Position numbers and translations under genes: made by a program
Shown here: positions 40,763 through 50,628 of the stretch, piece by piece
Position numbering within the stretch: the stretch's first letter is position 1
Layout of the letters: the number at the start of each line of letters is the position of its first letter
The notes under the pieces: generated by a model
The model's database searches: none
Told to the model about the DNA's origin: nothing
The model's input: the letters and a program-made list of their open reading frames with translations, nothing else
Assembly: GCA_028284265.1 (NCBI GenBank)
Contig: JANQRZ010000015.1
Coordinates: forward strand, 16,808 to 80,807
Origin: Rhodothermales bacterium
Lineage (GTDB): Bacteria; Bacteroidota; Rhodothermia; Rhodothermales; JANQRZ01
Reading direction: 5' to 3'
Length of the DNA stretch: 64,000 nt

Positions 40763-42097
40763 TTATGCGTTGCGTCCCGCGAGCCGGATGCCCTCAGCTT
40801 CGTTCACGCGGGTCAGGACCAGCGCGCCGATGGCGAAGAGCACGAGGACAATCGAGACGCCTGCGCGCTGCGTGCCGAACACGTCGGTCAGGATGCCGAG
40901 CATGAGCGGGCCGATGAACGCGGTGGCCTTGCCGGAGAACGCGAAGAAGCCGAAGAACTCCGTCTCCTTGTCGTCCGGCACAAACCGCCCGAGGAGCGAC
41001 CGGCTCGACGCTTGGTTCGGCCCGATGGCGATGCCGACGAGGATGCCCGAGGCCCAGAAGACCGCCTTGCTCGTCGTGAGAATGGCGAGGAGCGAGGCGA
41101 CGGTGAGGAGGGCGAGCGAGATGAAGATGACGGTCCGCCCGCCAAGCTTGTCATCGAGAAACCCGAACCCGAACGCCCCGAGGCCCGCCATCACGTTGAG
41201 CACGATGCCGAAGAGCAGTACCTCTTCGATGGTGAAGCCGAGCGTGCCCTGCGCGTAGATGCCGCCGAAGGCGATGAGGGTCACGAGGCCGTCGTTGTAG
41301 AACAGGCGGGCGACGAGGAGGCGGACGATCTCGCGATAGCGCTTGAGTTCACGCGCCGTCTCCATCAGTTCGCCGAAGCTCGCCTTGAGGAGCGCGCCGG
41401 GTCGAGGCTTGTCCTCGGCAGGCACCTCGCGCAGAATCAGAAAGGTCGGGATGCTGAACAGCGCGAACCACGCGGCGACGAGGAGGTTGGTCGCCCGGAC
41501 GTGCTCGCCTGTTGCCTTGTCAAGTCCGAATGGCGGCACATCGATCTGCACGAACACGACGAGGGCAATCGCCATGCAGAGTAGCCCGCCCACGTAGCCC
41601 AGCGCCCACCCGTAGCCCGAGACGCGCCCGATCGCGTCCGGCGGAGCGATCTCGGGGAGGTAGGCGTTGTAGAACACCGCGCCCATCTCGAAGGCGATGT
41701 TGGCGAGGATGAACCAGAACAGCGCATGGACCACCTCGCCCGGCTCGGCAAAAAACAGCATCGCCGTCCCAGCGACGCAGATCGCGGTTGTGGCGACGAG
41801 AAACCGCTTGCGGCTTCCGCTCCGGTCGGCGAGGGCACCGAGGAAGGGCGAGAGGAGGGCGACGCAGATCGCCGTGATCGCCACGCCGCGCGACCAGAGG
41901 ACCGTGCCGAGTTCGGGGTCGGGCACACGCGCCCCCGTCACATCGGAGGTGAGCGCCATGTAGCCGGTGAAGTACGTCCCGTAGATGAATGTGACGACGA
42001 GCGTGGTGAACGACGAGTTGGCGAAGTCGTAGAGTGACCACGCCCAGACAGTGCGGCGGTCGAGTCGGCGAGTCGCGGGCTGGCGAGCGGGTTCCAT
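40763..42097 (-). CDS. MFS transporter, Atg22/UMF1-like
   Basis: WSLYDFANS, SPFLGALAD, YNAYLP, RVSGYGWALGYVGG, QASSRSL, EFFGF. Confidence 0.9.
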   Translation of the reverse strand: MEPARQPATRRLDRRTVWAWSLYDFANSSFTTLVVTFIYGTYFTGYMALTSDVTGARVPDPELGTVLWSRGVAITAICVALLSPFLGALADRSGSRKRFLVATTAICVAGTAMLFFAEPGEVVHALFWFILANIAFEMGAVFYNAYLPEIAPPDAIGRVSGYGWALGYVGGLLCMAIALVVFVQIDVPPFGLDKATGEHVRATNLLVAAWFALFSIPTFLILREVPAEDKPRPGALLKASFGELMETARELKRYREIVRLLVARLFYNDGLVTLIAFGGIYAQGTLGFTIEEVLLFGIVLNVMAGLGAFGFGFLDDKLGGRTVIFISLALLTVASLLAILTTSKAVFWASGILVGIAIGPNQASSRSLLGRFVPDDKETEFFGFFAFSGKATAFIGPLMLGILTDVFGTQRAGVSIVLVLFAIGALVLTRVNEAEGIRLAGRNA

Positions 42098-42168
42098 GTG
42101 CGAGGAGTGGAGAGGCGACGGTGAGCGCAAGCTAGCGCCTGGCGTGTTGCCATGTGCCTGCGCCCGTG

Positions 42169-43446
42169 TTATTTCCGCAAGTAGGGGCGGAGCGCCTCCA
42201 GCGTCGGGGCGATGGGGGCAACGAAGGTTGGTCGATTGGTAAGGGCAGCCAGCGCGGGCGGCGTCTCGGGCGCGAAGCCGAGGGCACGCTCGACAGCCTC
42301 GGGAAACTTGGTCGGGTGGGCGGTGGACAGGACGATGGCAGGTGTGGTGTCACCCGTGGCTTGGCGGTAGCGTCGGACGCCTTCGAGGCCGACCGCGGTG
42401 TGCGGGTCGGCGAGGTAGCCCGTCGCCTCGTACACGGCACGCATCGAGGCCAGTGTCTCGTCATCGGTGACACTGGTACCCCAAAGACGGTCGCGTAGCG
42501 TCTCACCGGGTAAGAGCGCCTGCAGCCGCTCGAAGTTGCTCGGCGCGCCGACGTCCATCGCGTTGGAGAGCGTGCGGACGGAGGCGGGGAAGTCGTCTGC
42601 CCCATAGTCGAGGTAGCGGGGGAAGAAGTCGTTGGCGTTGTGCGCGGCGATGAAGCGGCGAATGGGCAGCCCCGCTCGCGCTGCCATCACCCCGGCGGTG
42701 AGGTTGCCGAGGTTGCCGCTCGGCACGCATACCACCGCTTCGTCTAGATCGCTCTGTGCGAGCGCCCATGTGTAGTAGAGCATCTGTGGCAGCAGCCGCC
42801 CCACGTTGATCGAGTTGGCCGACGAGCGCCGCTCGCCCTCCGGCACCGGCTCGCCAAAGGCGGCCTTCACGAGCCGCTGGCAGTCGTCGAAGGTGCCTTC
42901 CACAGCGAGCGTCTGCACACCGGGACGCTCGACGATCAACTGCCGCTCCTGTACCGGGCTGACCTGTCCCTTCGGATAGAGCAGGACGACGCGCACGCCC
43001 GGCTGTCCGGCGAACCCGTCGGCCACCGCGCTGCCCGTGTCACCGGAGGTAGCGACGAGAATGGTCAGCCGCTCACCGTGCAAGGCCTCGGCGGTGAGGC
43101 GCGCCATCGTGCGGGCACCGACATCTTTGAACGAGAGCGTCGGGCCGTGAAAGAGTTCGAGGACGTATAGATCGTCGCCCAAGGGGACCAGCGGGATCGG
43201 GAAATCGAGCGCGTCGGCGAGGAGCGGACGCAGCCTGTCTGGGGCGAAGTCGTCCGCGAGCCACGGATGGAGCACCTCGAAGGCGAGGTCCGGTAGAGAC
43301 GCCGCGTCGCGCCAGTCGGAGGGAAGAGGAGGAATGCGGTCGGGGAGATACAGGCCGCCGTCGGGTGCGAGGCCGTTGAGGAGGGCCTCGGCGAAACCGA
43401 CAGCGGGGCTGCTGTCGCGGGTGCTGATGTACTGGGGAGTCGTCAT
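42169..43446 (-). CDS. thrC: Threonine synthase
   Basis: GLAPDGGLY, ELFHGPTLSFKD, ATSGDTG, FDDCQ, NSINVGR, PSGNLGN. Confidence 0.95.
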   Translation of the reverse strand: MTTPQYISTRDSSPAVGFAEALLNGLAPDGGLYLPDRIPPLPSDWRDAASLPDLAFEVLHPWLADDFAPDRLRPLLADALDFPIPLVPLGDDLYVLELFHGPTLSFKDVGARTMARLTAEALHGERLTILVATSGDTGSAVADGFAGQPGVRVVLLYPKGQVSPVQERQLIVERPGVQTLAVEGTFDDCQRLVKAAFGEPVPEGERRSSANSINVGRLLPQMLYYTWALAQSDLDEAVVCVPSGNLGNLTAGVMAARAGLPIRRFIAAHNANDFFPRYLDYGADDFPASVRTLSNAMDVGAPSNFERLQALLPGETLRDRLWGTSVTDDETLASMRAVYEATGYLADPHTAVGLEGVRRYRQATGDTTPAIVLSTAHPTKFPEAVERALGFAPETPPALAALTNRPTFVAPIAPTLEALRPYLRK

Positions 43447-44396
43447 GCAGAGTCGAGGAGGCAAACGCCTTCGAGGTCGAGGTCGAGGAGCCAATCGTCA
43501 GCTTCGATGCCGGACGCGAGGCAGGCCGTCTGCATCGCATCGAGAACAGGTTGAGCGTCGCCGGTGTCGGAGAGGAAAGCAAACATCGCGGGGCCGGAGC
43601 CAGTCAGCGCGCACCCGACTGCGCCCGCGTCGAGGGCAGCCGTTCGGATGGCTTCGTAGGGTGGGACGAGTCGGGCGCGGAACGGCTCGGCGAGACGGTC
43701 GCGCATCAGGTAGCGCCCAACCGTTTTCCAGTCGCCTGCTCCCAAGGCGTGGAGTAGAAACGCGAGGTTGGCGGCTTGCGCACTCGCGTCACGCAGTGGG
43801 ACCGTCTCTGGCAGAATCGCCCGCGCCTCGCGAGTGAGAACGGTGACGTGCGGAAGGACGAGCGGGATCGGTGGGAGCGTGGGGAGGTCGAGGCGGCGGT
43901 AGTCCGTTGGATCAGAAGGCGAGACGAGCACAAGGCCGCCGAGGAGCGAAGGCAGCACGTTGTCGCCGTGCTTAGCTCCTGCCGCGACGGACTCGCCTTC
44001 TAGGACCGCCGGAATCAGCGCTTCTTTGTCGAAGGGAGCGTCGAGCAGCGCGTTTGTGGCCCATGCTCCGGCTACGGCGCTCGCCGCTGACCCTCCGATG
44101 CCAGAGCCGAGTGGAATGCCTTTGTGGATAAGGAGATGCACACCGAAGTCGGCACTCGCCTGTTCGAGGACGACCTCGGCGGCACGTCCTGCTGTGTTCT
44201 TGCCGGGTGCTGTCGGGATCGAGGCATTGCCACCTACCATCTCTACGGTGACACCAGACCGGTTCGTTCTCCATGCCTCGACACGGTCCCCGATGCCCTG
44301 CACGGCGAGACCGAGAGCGTCGAAGCCGGGGCCGAGGTTCGAGAGCGAGGCGGGGGCAAACGCGACGGCGTCGGGTGTACGGTCGGGCGCGCTCAT
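43443..44396 (-). CDS. thrB: Homoserine kinase
   Basis: PASLSNLGPGFD, IPLGSGIGGSAAS, HGDNV, LTGSGP. Confidence 0.95.
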   Translation of the reverse strand: MSAPDRTPDAVAFAPASLSNLGPGFDALGLAVQGIGDRVEAWRTNRSGVTVEMVGGNASIPTAPGKNTAGRAAEVVLEQASADFGVHLLIHKGIPLGSGIGGSAASAVAGAWATNALLDAPFDKEALIPAVLEGESVAAGAKHGDNVLPSLLGGLVLVSPSDPTDYRRLDLPTLPPIPLVLPHVTVLTREARAILPETVPLRDASAQAANLAFLLHALGAGDWKTVGRYLMRDRLAEPFRARLVPPYEAIRTAALDAGAVGCALTGSGPAMFAFLSDTGDAQPVLDAMQTACLASGIEADDWLLDLDLEGVCLLDSA

Positions 44397-46870
44397 GGCA
44401 TCAACTCGGCGGCTTTCACGAGGTCAGCGAGAAGACCAGCCGCCGTGACCTCTGGCCCGGCCCCCGGTCCCTGCACCACGAGCGGCGTCTCGCAGTATCT
44501 GTCTGACTGGATGAGGATGACGTTGTCTGTCCCGCGCTGGCCGCCAAACGGCGGTCCCGGTGGTGCGGCGTGGACGCCGACGCGCAGGCCGTTCTCGTCG
44601 ATGCGCCCGACGTAATAGAGCCGGTGGCCTACGGCCTTCGCTTCTGCGATGCGTGCGGCCCAAGCCTCGTCCTGCTCGTTGAGCCGGGCCATGTATTCTT
44701 CCCGCGACACATCGCGCAGGGAATTCGGAACGAGGCTCTCGACCGTCACGTCCGCACGTTCAACGTTGCGACCGGTTTCCCGTGCTAGGATGAGCAGTTT
44801 GCGGGCTACGTCTTCCCCCGCGAGGTCGTCGCGCGGGTCGGGTTCGGTGTAGCCCTTTGCCTTCGCCTCGCGCACGGCCTCTGAGAAAGGTGCGCCTTCG
44901 GCGAGGCGGTTGAAGAGGAAGGCGAGCGTGCCGGAGAAGACTCCCTCGATGCTGGCAATCTGGTCGCCGGAGCGGAGCAGATCGCGGATGGTGAACACGA
45001 CGGGGAGGCCCGCCATCACGGTTGTTTCGTAGTGGTACGACACCTCGCGCCGCCGGGCCGCCGCGCGCAGCCGCTGGTAGTAGTCAAGGTCCAGCGTGTT
45101 TGCCTGTTTGTTGGGCGTGACGACGCCGACGCCGCTTTCCAATAGCTCGACGTAGCAGCGGGCGACGTCGGGTGAGGCCGTGGCGTCTACGAATAGGCGA
45201 CGCTCCAGTCCACGTCCCGACAAGCGTTCGATGAATGCGTCGAGGTCAGCGGTGTCGCCGCTAGCTTCAAGGTCGTCGAGTGCCGTGTCGAGCGATAGCC
45301 CATCGGGGTTCCATTGCATCCGGCGTGAGTTCGAGAGGCCAACGAGGCGGAGGAGGATGCCGTGCTCGTTGAGCAGCCTTGGTGCGTACTCGGCGAGAAT
45401 GTCGAGCAATGTTTTGCCGACCGTTCCTGTCCCGACCACGGCGACATGGACGCGCGTGCGGCGGAGGGGAAAGGCTTCGTGCAACGCGCTGAGGGCTTGC
45501 TTCACCTGCTCGCCGAGGACGACGGCAGAGATGTTGGTTTCGGCGGCACCCTGTGCGATGGCGAGCACATTCACCCCGGCCCGTCCAAGTGTCGCAAAGA
45601 GGCGACCTGCCAGCCCCGGCTGGTGGCGCATCCCGTCGCCGACCGCCGAGACGATGGCGCAGTCCGGGAGCGCGTAGACATCGCGCACGTCTCCTCGCTC
45701 CATCGCTACGCTGAAGGCGGCACGGAGTGCCACGACCGCCGCGTCCGCGTCCGCGGCATCCACGACGAGGCAGATGCTCTGCTCGCTCGACGCTTGGGCC
45801 ACCATCCTGACGTTGACGCCGGAGGCCGCCAGCGCATCGAAGGCGCGCGCTGCCGTGCCCGGCACGGCTAGCATTCCTGCTCCCTCCACCATGACGACCG
45901 CCACGTTTGGAATCGAGGAGATCGCTTTGACGCGGAGGTCCACCGCGTCCGTCTCAGCCGAGATGAGCGTGCCTTCGGCTTCCGGCTCCATCGTGCTCTT
46001 GATGACGAGCGGGATATCACGACGTTCGACGGGTCGCATCGTGCGCGGGTGAAGCACATGCGCACCAAAGTAGGCGAGTTCGGCGGCTTCGCGATACGAG
46101 AGACGGGAGAGTGGCACGGCTTCGGGGACGAGGCGCGGGTCGGCGGAGTAAACACCTGCTACATCGGTCCAGATGGTGCAGCGCTTGGCACCGAGAGCGC
46201 CAGCGAGAATCGTTGCCGTGTAGTCAGAGCCTGAGCGTCCGAGCGTCGTCGACACGCCGTTGGCCGTCGCACCGATGAAGCCGGTGACGATGGCGACGTG
46301 ATCGGCGGGCAAGGCCTCGAAAGCCTCGCGGATGCGTTGATCGGTTACTGCGAAGTCGACCCGCGCATTGCCGAACGTGTCGTCGGTGCGGATAAAGGCG
46401 TCTGCTTCGAGAGCTACGGCGGCGTGCCCAGCAGCGCGGAAGGCTGCAGCAATGAGCGGGGCCGAGAGCCGCTCACCCATGCCGAGTACGGCGTCGCGCG
46501 TGCGCGGCGTGCACTCACGGAGGAGGTAGACGCCGTCGAGCAGTTCACCGAGAGCCTCGAAGTGTCCAGCCAGCCGGGTGCGAACCGTATCGTGCTCGTG
46601 CGATGCGACGATTTCGGACAGCACGCCCTCATGGCGGTCTCGGAGAGCGGCCAGTACGTCACGATGCGTGCTTCTCCGCTCCAGTGCGTCGTCCAAGGCA
46701 CGGATCAGGTCGTTGGTTACTCCGCCCAGAGCCGAGACGACGACGATGTGTCGGCCCACGGCTCCATCGGAGTAGACAAGGGGCGGAAGGGATCGGATGC
46801 GATCAACTGTAGCAACGGATGTGCCTCCAAACTTGGAGACGTAGACGGGCAGGATGGAGGGCGAAGTCAA
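44393..46870 (-). CDS. thrA: Bifunctional aspartate kinase / homoserine dehydrogenase
   Basis: KFGGTSV, TLGRSGSDY, ADPR, ACT domains, GTGTVG, TPNK, YETTV, GYTEPDPRDDL, GPGAG. Confidence 0.95.
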   Translation of the reverse strand: MTSPSILPVYVSKFGGTSVATVDRIRSLPPLVYSDGAVGRHIVVVSALGGVTNDLIRALDDALERRSTHRDVLAALRDRHEGVLSEIVASHEHDTVRTRLAGHFEALGELLDGVYLLRECTPRTRDAVLGMGERLSAPLIAAAFRAAGHAAVALEADAFIRTDDTFGNARVDFAVTDQRIREAFEALPADHVAIVTGFIGATANGVSTTLGRSGSDYTATILAGALGAKRCTIWTDVAGVYSADPRLVPEAVPLSRLSYREAAELAYFGAHVLHPRTMRPVERRDIPLVIKSTMEPEAEGTLISAETDAVDLRVKAISSIPNVAVVMVEGAGMLAVPGTAARAFDALAASGVNVRMVAQASSEQSICLVVDAADADAAVVALRAAFSVAMERGDVRDVYALPDCAIVSAVGDGMRHQPGLAGRLFATLGRAGVNVLAIAQGAAETNISAVVLGEQVKQALSALHEAFPLRRTRVHVAVVGTGTVGKTLLDILAEYAPRLLNEHGILLRLVGLSNSRRMQWNPDGLSLDTALDDLEASGDTADLDAFIERLSGRGLERRLFVDATASPDVARCYVELLESGVGVVTPNKQANTLDLDYYQRLRAAARRREVSYHYETTVMAGLPVVFTIRDLLRSGDQIASIEGVFSGTLAFLFNRLAEGAPFSEAVREAKAKGYTEPDPRDDLAGEDVARKLLILARETGRNVERADVTVESLVPNSLRDVSREEYMARLNEQDEAWAARIAEAKAVGHRLYYVGRIDENGLRVGVHAAPPGPPFGGQRGTDNVILIQSDRYCETPLVVQGPGAGPEVTAAGLLADLVKAAELMP

Positions 46871-46985
46871 GGCTGTTCGCGTGATAGGGTGAAAAGAGAA
46901 GGGAAGCTAGTACAAATAGAGCACCGCCATGCAGCCCGTCGGCGCTATCCATGTCGCTCGGTGAAACGGCCTATCTTGCTATTCC

Positions 46986-47058
46986 GCCCTCGTAGCTCAG
47001 GGGATAGAGCGTCGGTTTCCTAAACCGCAGGTCGCAGGTTCGATTCCTGCCGAGGGCA
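46986..47058 (+). tRNA. tRNA-Arg(CCT)
   Basis: Acceptor GCCCTCG/CGAGGGC-A, D arm GCTC/GAGC, anticodon loop TT-CCT-AA, T arm GCAGG-TTCGATT-CCTGC; CCA not encoded. Confidence 0.95.
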
Positions 47059-47346
47059 CGTTGTGGAGATGTATTAAGTTGATTCCGTCTTTAGATACGT
47101 TAGTTTGACGGGAATAGGCTTTGGCCTCGTAACGCTAGGCAGCCAATAATTCGAGGGAACGTGCTTGCCCCCCTCCACGCGGTAAAGGGGCGATTTCGTA
47201 GAGGCGATTAAGGGAACAGTCGCTGGCCTGTACGGGCCATCAGGCGCGATCGACTGCCGTGTGCATCGGTCTCCACCACCACTCTGGCCCATGCTTGGGT
47301 CTCCGGGAGCGTCCGCCTACCGCTCAGGCAACCCCACCATGAATTG

Positions 47347-48597
47347 ATGCGTCTTCCCCTTTTTGCTATTGCTCTTCTGTTACTATTCATTGCTGGGTGT
47401 GACTCTCAAGTACCTGTAAGCTCTGGCTCGCCAGAGGCGCGGGGTCTTGAGGGGGTTCCTCATACTCCCTTCAGTAGTACCTCATCATGGCAGTGGATCG
47501 GCCCTGCAGAGGTGCATCCAAAGCCGGGTACGATAGACGATATCGGGCTACGCTGCCGCGATGGGAGCGCGACAGGCTTCTCCTACCGACCGGGGACTCG
47601 ACCCTATCTGCTTCTCTTCCTGCGCGGCGGTGGAGCGTGCCAAGACGAGGCGTCGTGTCTCGAAGCCAATCGAGATCGGGCCGATATGAGTGAGTTCCAA
47701 GACTCGTTCATCGCCACCGGGCGCGATGAGAACGGCGTCTTCTCGATGACGAACCCCAACAACCCTTTCCGGGACTGGCATATCATCGTCGCGCCGTACT
47801 GTACAGGGGATGTCCACTGCGGAAGCAATGCGAAGGGTGTCATTCCGGGGGGCAAGCTTGGAACACAGATGTTTGTCGGGTTTGATAACGTCTCGATCAT
47901 CGCCCGCTACGCGGCGTCGATACTGGATGTGGAAGGGGTGGTGTTGGCTGGGACGAGTGCGGGTGGCTATGGGGCCGTCGGGAACTGGGCGCAGGTGCAG
48001 GAAACGTTCGGTGATATACCCGTGGATATGCTCTCGGATGCTGCCCCTATCCATCCGAGCAACCGGGTTATGACAGAGTCGCTCGAGCATCACTGGCGCA
48101 CGATGTGGGGCATGGACCAGATCGTGCCAGAGGACTGTCTGGAATGCAAGCAGAAGGGAGAGGATGGCAAGGAAGTCGGGCTGGAGCATGTGCTCGCCTA
48201 TCAGGCGCGCCGGAATCCCGACCGTGTTTTTGCCGTCATCAGTTCAACAGGGGACTGTACGATGCGAGGGTTCCATCGCTTACGCAATCCCTATGGTGCG
48301 CGCATTGACGCCGAATGCTGGGGAACCGAGCGGGCTAGGATATTGAACGTCTCGCGGACCGACTATCGCAACAGTGTCTACCATCTACGCGATAACACCT
48401 ACGCCGACCTGCCGAATGTGGCGATGTTTATTCCCGACAACGTAGACCATGGCCATCTACCGAACCGATACTTCTACCAGCGCTCTGCTGGCGGCGTCAT
48501 GCTGTATGATTGGCTCTCCGATCTCACGGAAGGCGACGTCTACACGACCTATGACGAGCCAGAAGCACCTACCGAGGTGTGGACGGTAGGAGGCTAG
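47347..48597 (+). CDS. Pectinacetylesterase/Notum-like alpha/beta hydrolase lipoprotein
   Basis: Lipobox IAGC; CRDGS..G, FLRGGGAC, NPFRDW, PYCTGDVH, GTSAGGYG nucleophile elbow. Confidence 0.85.
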   Translation: MRLPLFAIALLLLFIAGCDSQVPVSSGSPEARGLEGVPHTPFSSTSSWQWIGPAEVHPKPGTIDDIGLRCRDGSATGFSYRPGTRPYLLLFLRGGGACQDEASCLEANRDRADMSEFQDSFIATGRDENGVFSMTNPNNPFRDWHIIVAPYCTGDVHCGSNAKGVIPGGKLGTQMFVGFDNVSIIARYAASILDVEGVVLAGTSAGGYGAVGNWAQVQETFGDIPVDMLSDAAPIHPSNRVMTESLEHHWRTMWGMDQIVPEDCLECKQKGEDGKEVGLEHVLAYQARRNPDRVFAVISSTGDCTMRGFHRLRNPYGARIDAECWGTERARILNVSRTDYRNSVYHLRDNTYADLPNVAMFIPDNVDHGHLPNRYFYQRSAGGVMLYDWLSDLTEGDVYTTYDEPEAPTEVWTVGG

Positions 48598-48636
48598 ATA
48601 TACGGGGCTTAGCGCTAAAGTAGGAGGTTTGTTTGC

Positions 48637-49629
48637 TTAGGGGTGGTCGGCAAAGACGGCTTTGGTGAGGTGCATCGCCACAAGGACGTGGGGGACATCC
48701 ACCACCTCGGCGATCTTGAGGTCGCCCGCGAGTGAGACGAGGGCGTAGGCGTCGTAGCGGTCAAGTCCGTGCGTCTCGACCAAGTAGTCAATCATGTAGC
48801 GCGTGGCCTTCTGGGCGGCTTCGTCGAGGGTTTCGGCGAAGGCAGTGACGGCGTAGTAGGCGTCGGTCTCGTACTCTGGCTCGGGGATGGACCGGCCGCC
48901 CTTGACCACGTTCACCTCATACACGATTCGCATGGGCGCTTCGATGGCGGTGCCGCAGACCTCGCCTGCGCCCTGTGCTGCGTGCGCGTCGCCAATCGAG
49001 AACAGCGCACCCTCGACGAATATGGGGAAGTAGACCGTGGTTCCTTCGACGAGGTGTGGGTCGTCCATGTTGCCGCCGTTGGCACGGGGCGGAATCGTCG
49101 AGAGCATCTCGTCGGTGGCCGGGGCGACGCCCATCACGCCGGGGAAGGGAGCGAGGGGAACAGAGATGTCATCGCTGAAGCGGGCGACGGTCTGCCCCTC
49201 CTCGAAGGTGAACGTCTTGAGGTACGGCTCGGGAAATTCGTCGGCGAGGAAGCCGAAGCCGGGGACGACGGCGGTCCATCCGTAAGCCCCTAGCTCGATC
49301 TCATGGAGTGTGACGGCCAGCACGTCGCCCGGCATCGCGCCCTCAACGTAGACGGGGCCGGTGAGCGGGTGGATCGGGTCGAAGTCGAGCGAGATAACAT
49401 CTTCGACCGTGGAGCTTGCCGTGATCTGCTCGTCGGATGCTTCCTCGGTATAGGCTTCGATGACCGCCCCCGAAGGAACCGACAGGACCGGTGGGATTGC
49501 GCTACTGAACCGATTGTGAGTTTGGTCTTTTGTCAGGCGGTATTCCGGTGCGGGTGTGTCTTGAGCACGAGCGGGTGCGATAGAAAGAAGGCCAACGAGA
49601 AGAGTGAGTCCGAGCCGGAAGAGGGGCAT
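48637..49629 (-). CDS. Acetamidase/formamidase (FmdA/AmdA) family with signal peptide
   Basis: HPLTGPVYVEGAMPGDVL, PFPGVMGVAP, NGGNMD, GDAHAAQGAGEVCGTAIE. Confidence 0.9.
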   Translation of the reverse strand: MPLFRLGLTLLVGLLSIAPARAQDTPAPEYRLTKDQTHNRFSSAIPPVLSVPSGAVIEAYTEEASDEQITASSTVEDVISLDFDPIHPLTGPVYVEGAMPGDVLAVTLHEIELGAYGWTAVVPGFGFLADEFPEPYLKTFTFEEGQTVARFSDDISVPLAPFPGVMGVAPATDEMLSTIPPRANGGNMDDPHLVEGTTVYFPIFVEGALFSIGDAHAAQGAGEVCGTAIEAPMRIVYEVNVVKGGRSIPEPEYETDAYYAVTAFAETLDEAAQKATRYMIDYLVETHGLDRYDAYALVSLAGDLKIAEVVDVPHVLVAMHLTKAVFADHP

Positions 49630-49834
49630 AGCTTTGTGGTTTGATAGGGGATCAATAAGATCGCTCTGCAAGAGGAATTGATGGAGCTTCACTAGCGCCC
49701 GCTTGCTAACGCTAGTACTTTAAAAAGTATCGGTGGCTTGGCTCGGCTGCCGGTGGCAGGTCAGGCAACGATTTAGCTCAAGGAATGCCCTGCCGATTTC
49801 TGATACGCCTAGACTCTGAAAACCCACGCTTCCC

Positions 49835-50503
49835 ATGCTCTGGCTCCGCGATCTGCTCATCGTCTTGTTCTTGGGGTACATCTACTACCTCGGGCAGATT
49901 ACCATTCACAACTGCGTACACTACACGCTCTTCAAGCGGAAGCAGTGGAACAAGGTCGTCGGCTACGTGCTGTGCTCGATCCAGCTCACGCACTTTGAGG
50001 GATGGCGCATCGCGCACATGATGCACCACAAGCACACCAATACCGAGCGTGACCCGCACCGCGTGGACCGGCACCTCCTGCCGTACCTCGCCACGCACTA
50101 TTTCCGCGTGTCAAAGTCGGTGTGGGAGCCTAGGCTTTACGCGCTCGCTGTGCTGCCGCCGATTCTTATTGCTGTTGCTGTTATTGCATCGCAAGCCTCG
50201 GTAGGGGAGCCGCTGCGTGGCGTTCGCTGGGTCAGTATGTACTGGCTGCTACCGCTCATCATCAGCCACCTCCTCGTGGCGCACTTCAACTTCATCACGC
50301 ACGCCGAGATGCCCTATGGGCGGGGGCACGATACCCGGAGTTTCAACGACGGCATTTGGCGCGTCATTAACTTTTTTACGTTCAACTTCTATCTGCACGC
50401 GGAGCACCACTTTGCGCCGGGCGATGCCATCCCCAAGTTCGACCCGAGGTTCCACAAGCCGCTGGACGATGCCTCTGAGGCGGTGGGGCACCGCGAGGCG
50501 TAA
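49835..50503 (+). CDS. Short fatty acid desaturase-family membrane di-iron protein
   Basis: Three His boxes HNCVH, HMMHH, HAEHH. Confidence 0.8.
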   Translation: MLWLRDLLIVLFLGYIYYLGQITIHNCVHYTLFKRKQWNKVVGYVLCSIQLTHFEGWRIAHMMHHKHTNTERDPHRVDRHLLPYLATHYFRVSKSVWEPRLYALAVLPPILIAVAVIASQASVGEPLRGVRWVSMYWLLPLIISHLLVAHFNFITHAEMPYGRGHDTRSFNDGIWRVINFFTFNFYLHAEHHFAPGDAIPKFDPRFHKPLDDASEAVGHREA

Positions 50504-50563
50504 GTGAGGTCAACACGACCAGTAGGCCACGAAGCCTTGTTTCAAAGTGACCGTTTCAGAAAA

Positions 50564-50603
50564 AAAGAGCGCCCCGGCCTGACCTCAGGCCGGGGCGCTC
50601 TTT
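50564..50603. terminator. Bidirectional intrinsic terminator
   Basis: AAAGAGCGCCCCGGCCTGA-cc-TCAGGCCGGGGCGCTCTTT between convergent genes. Confidence 0.85.
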
Positions 50604-50628
50604 CTGGATCGAAATCCAGAGGATGAAC

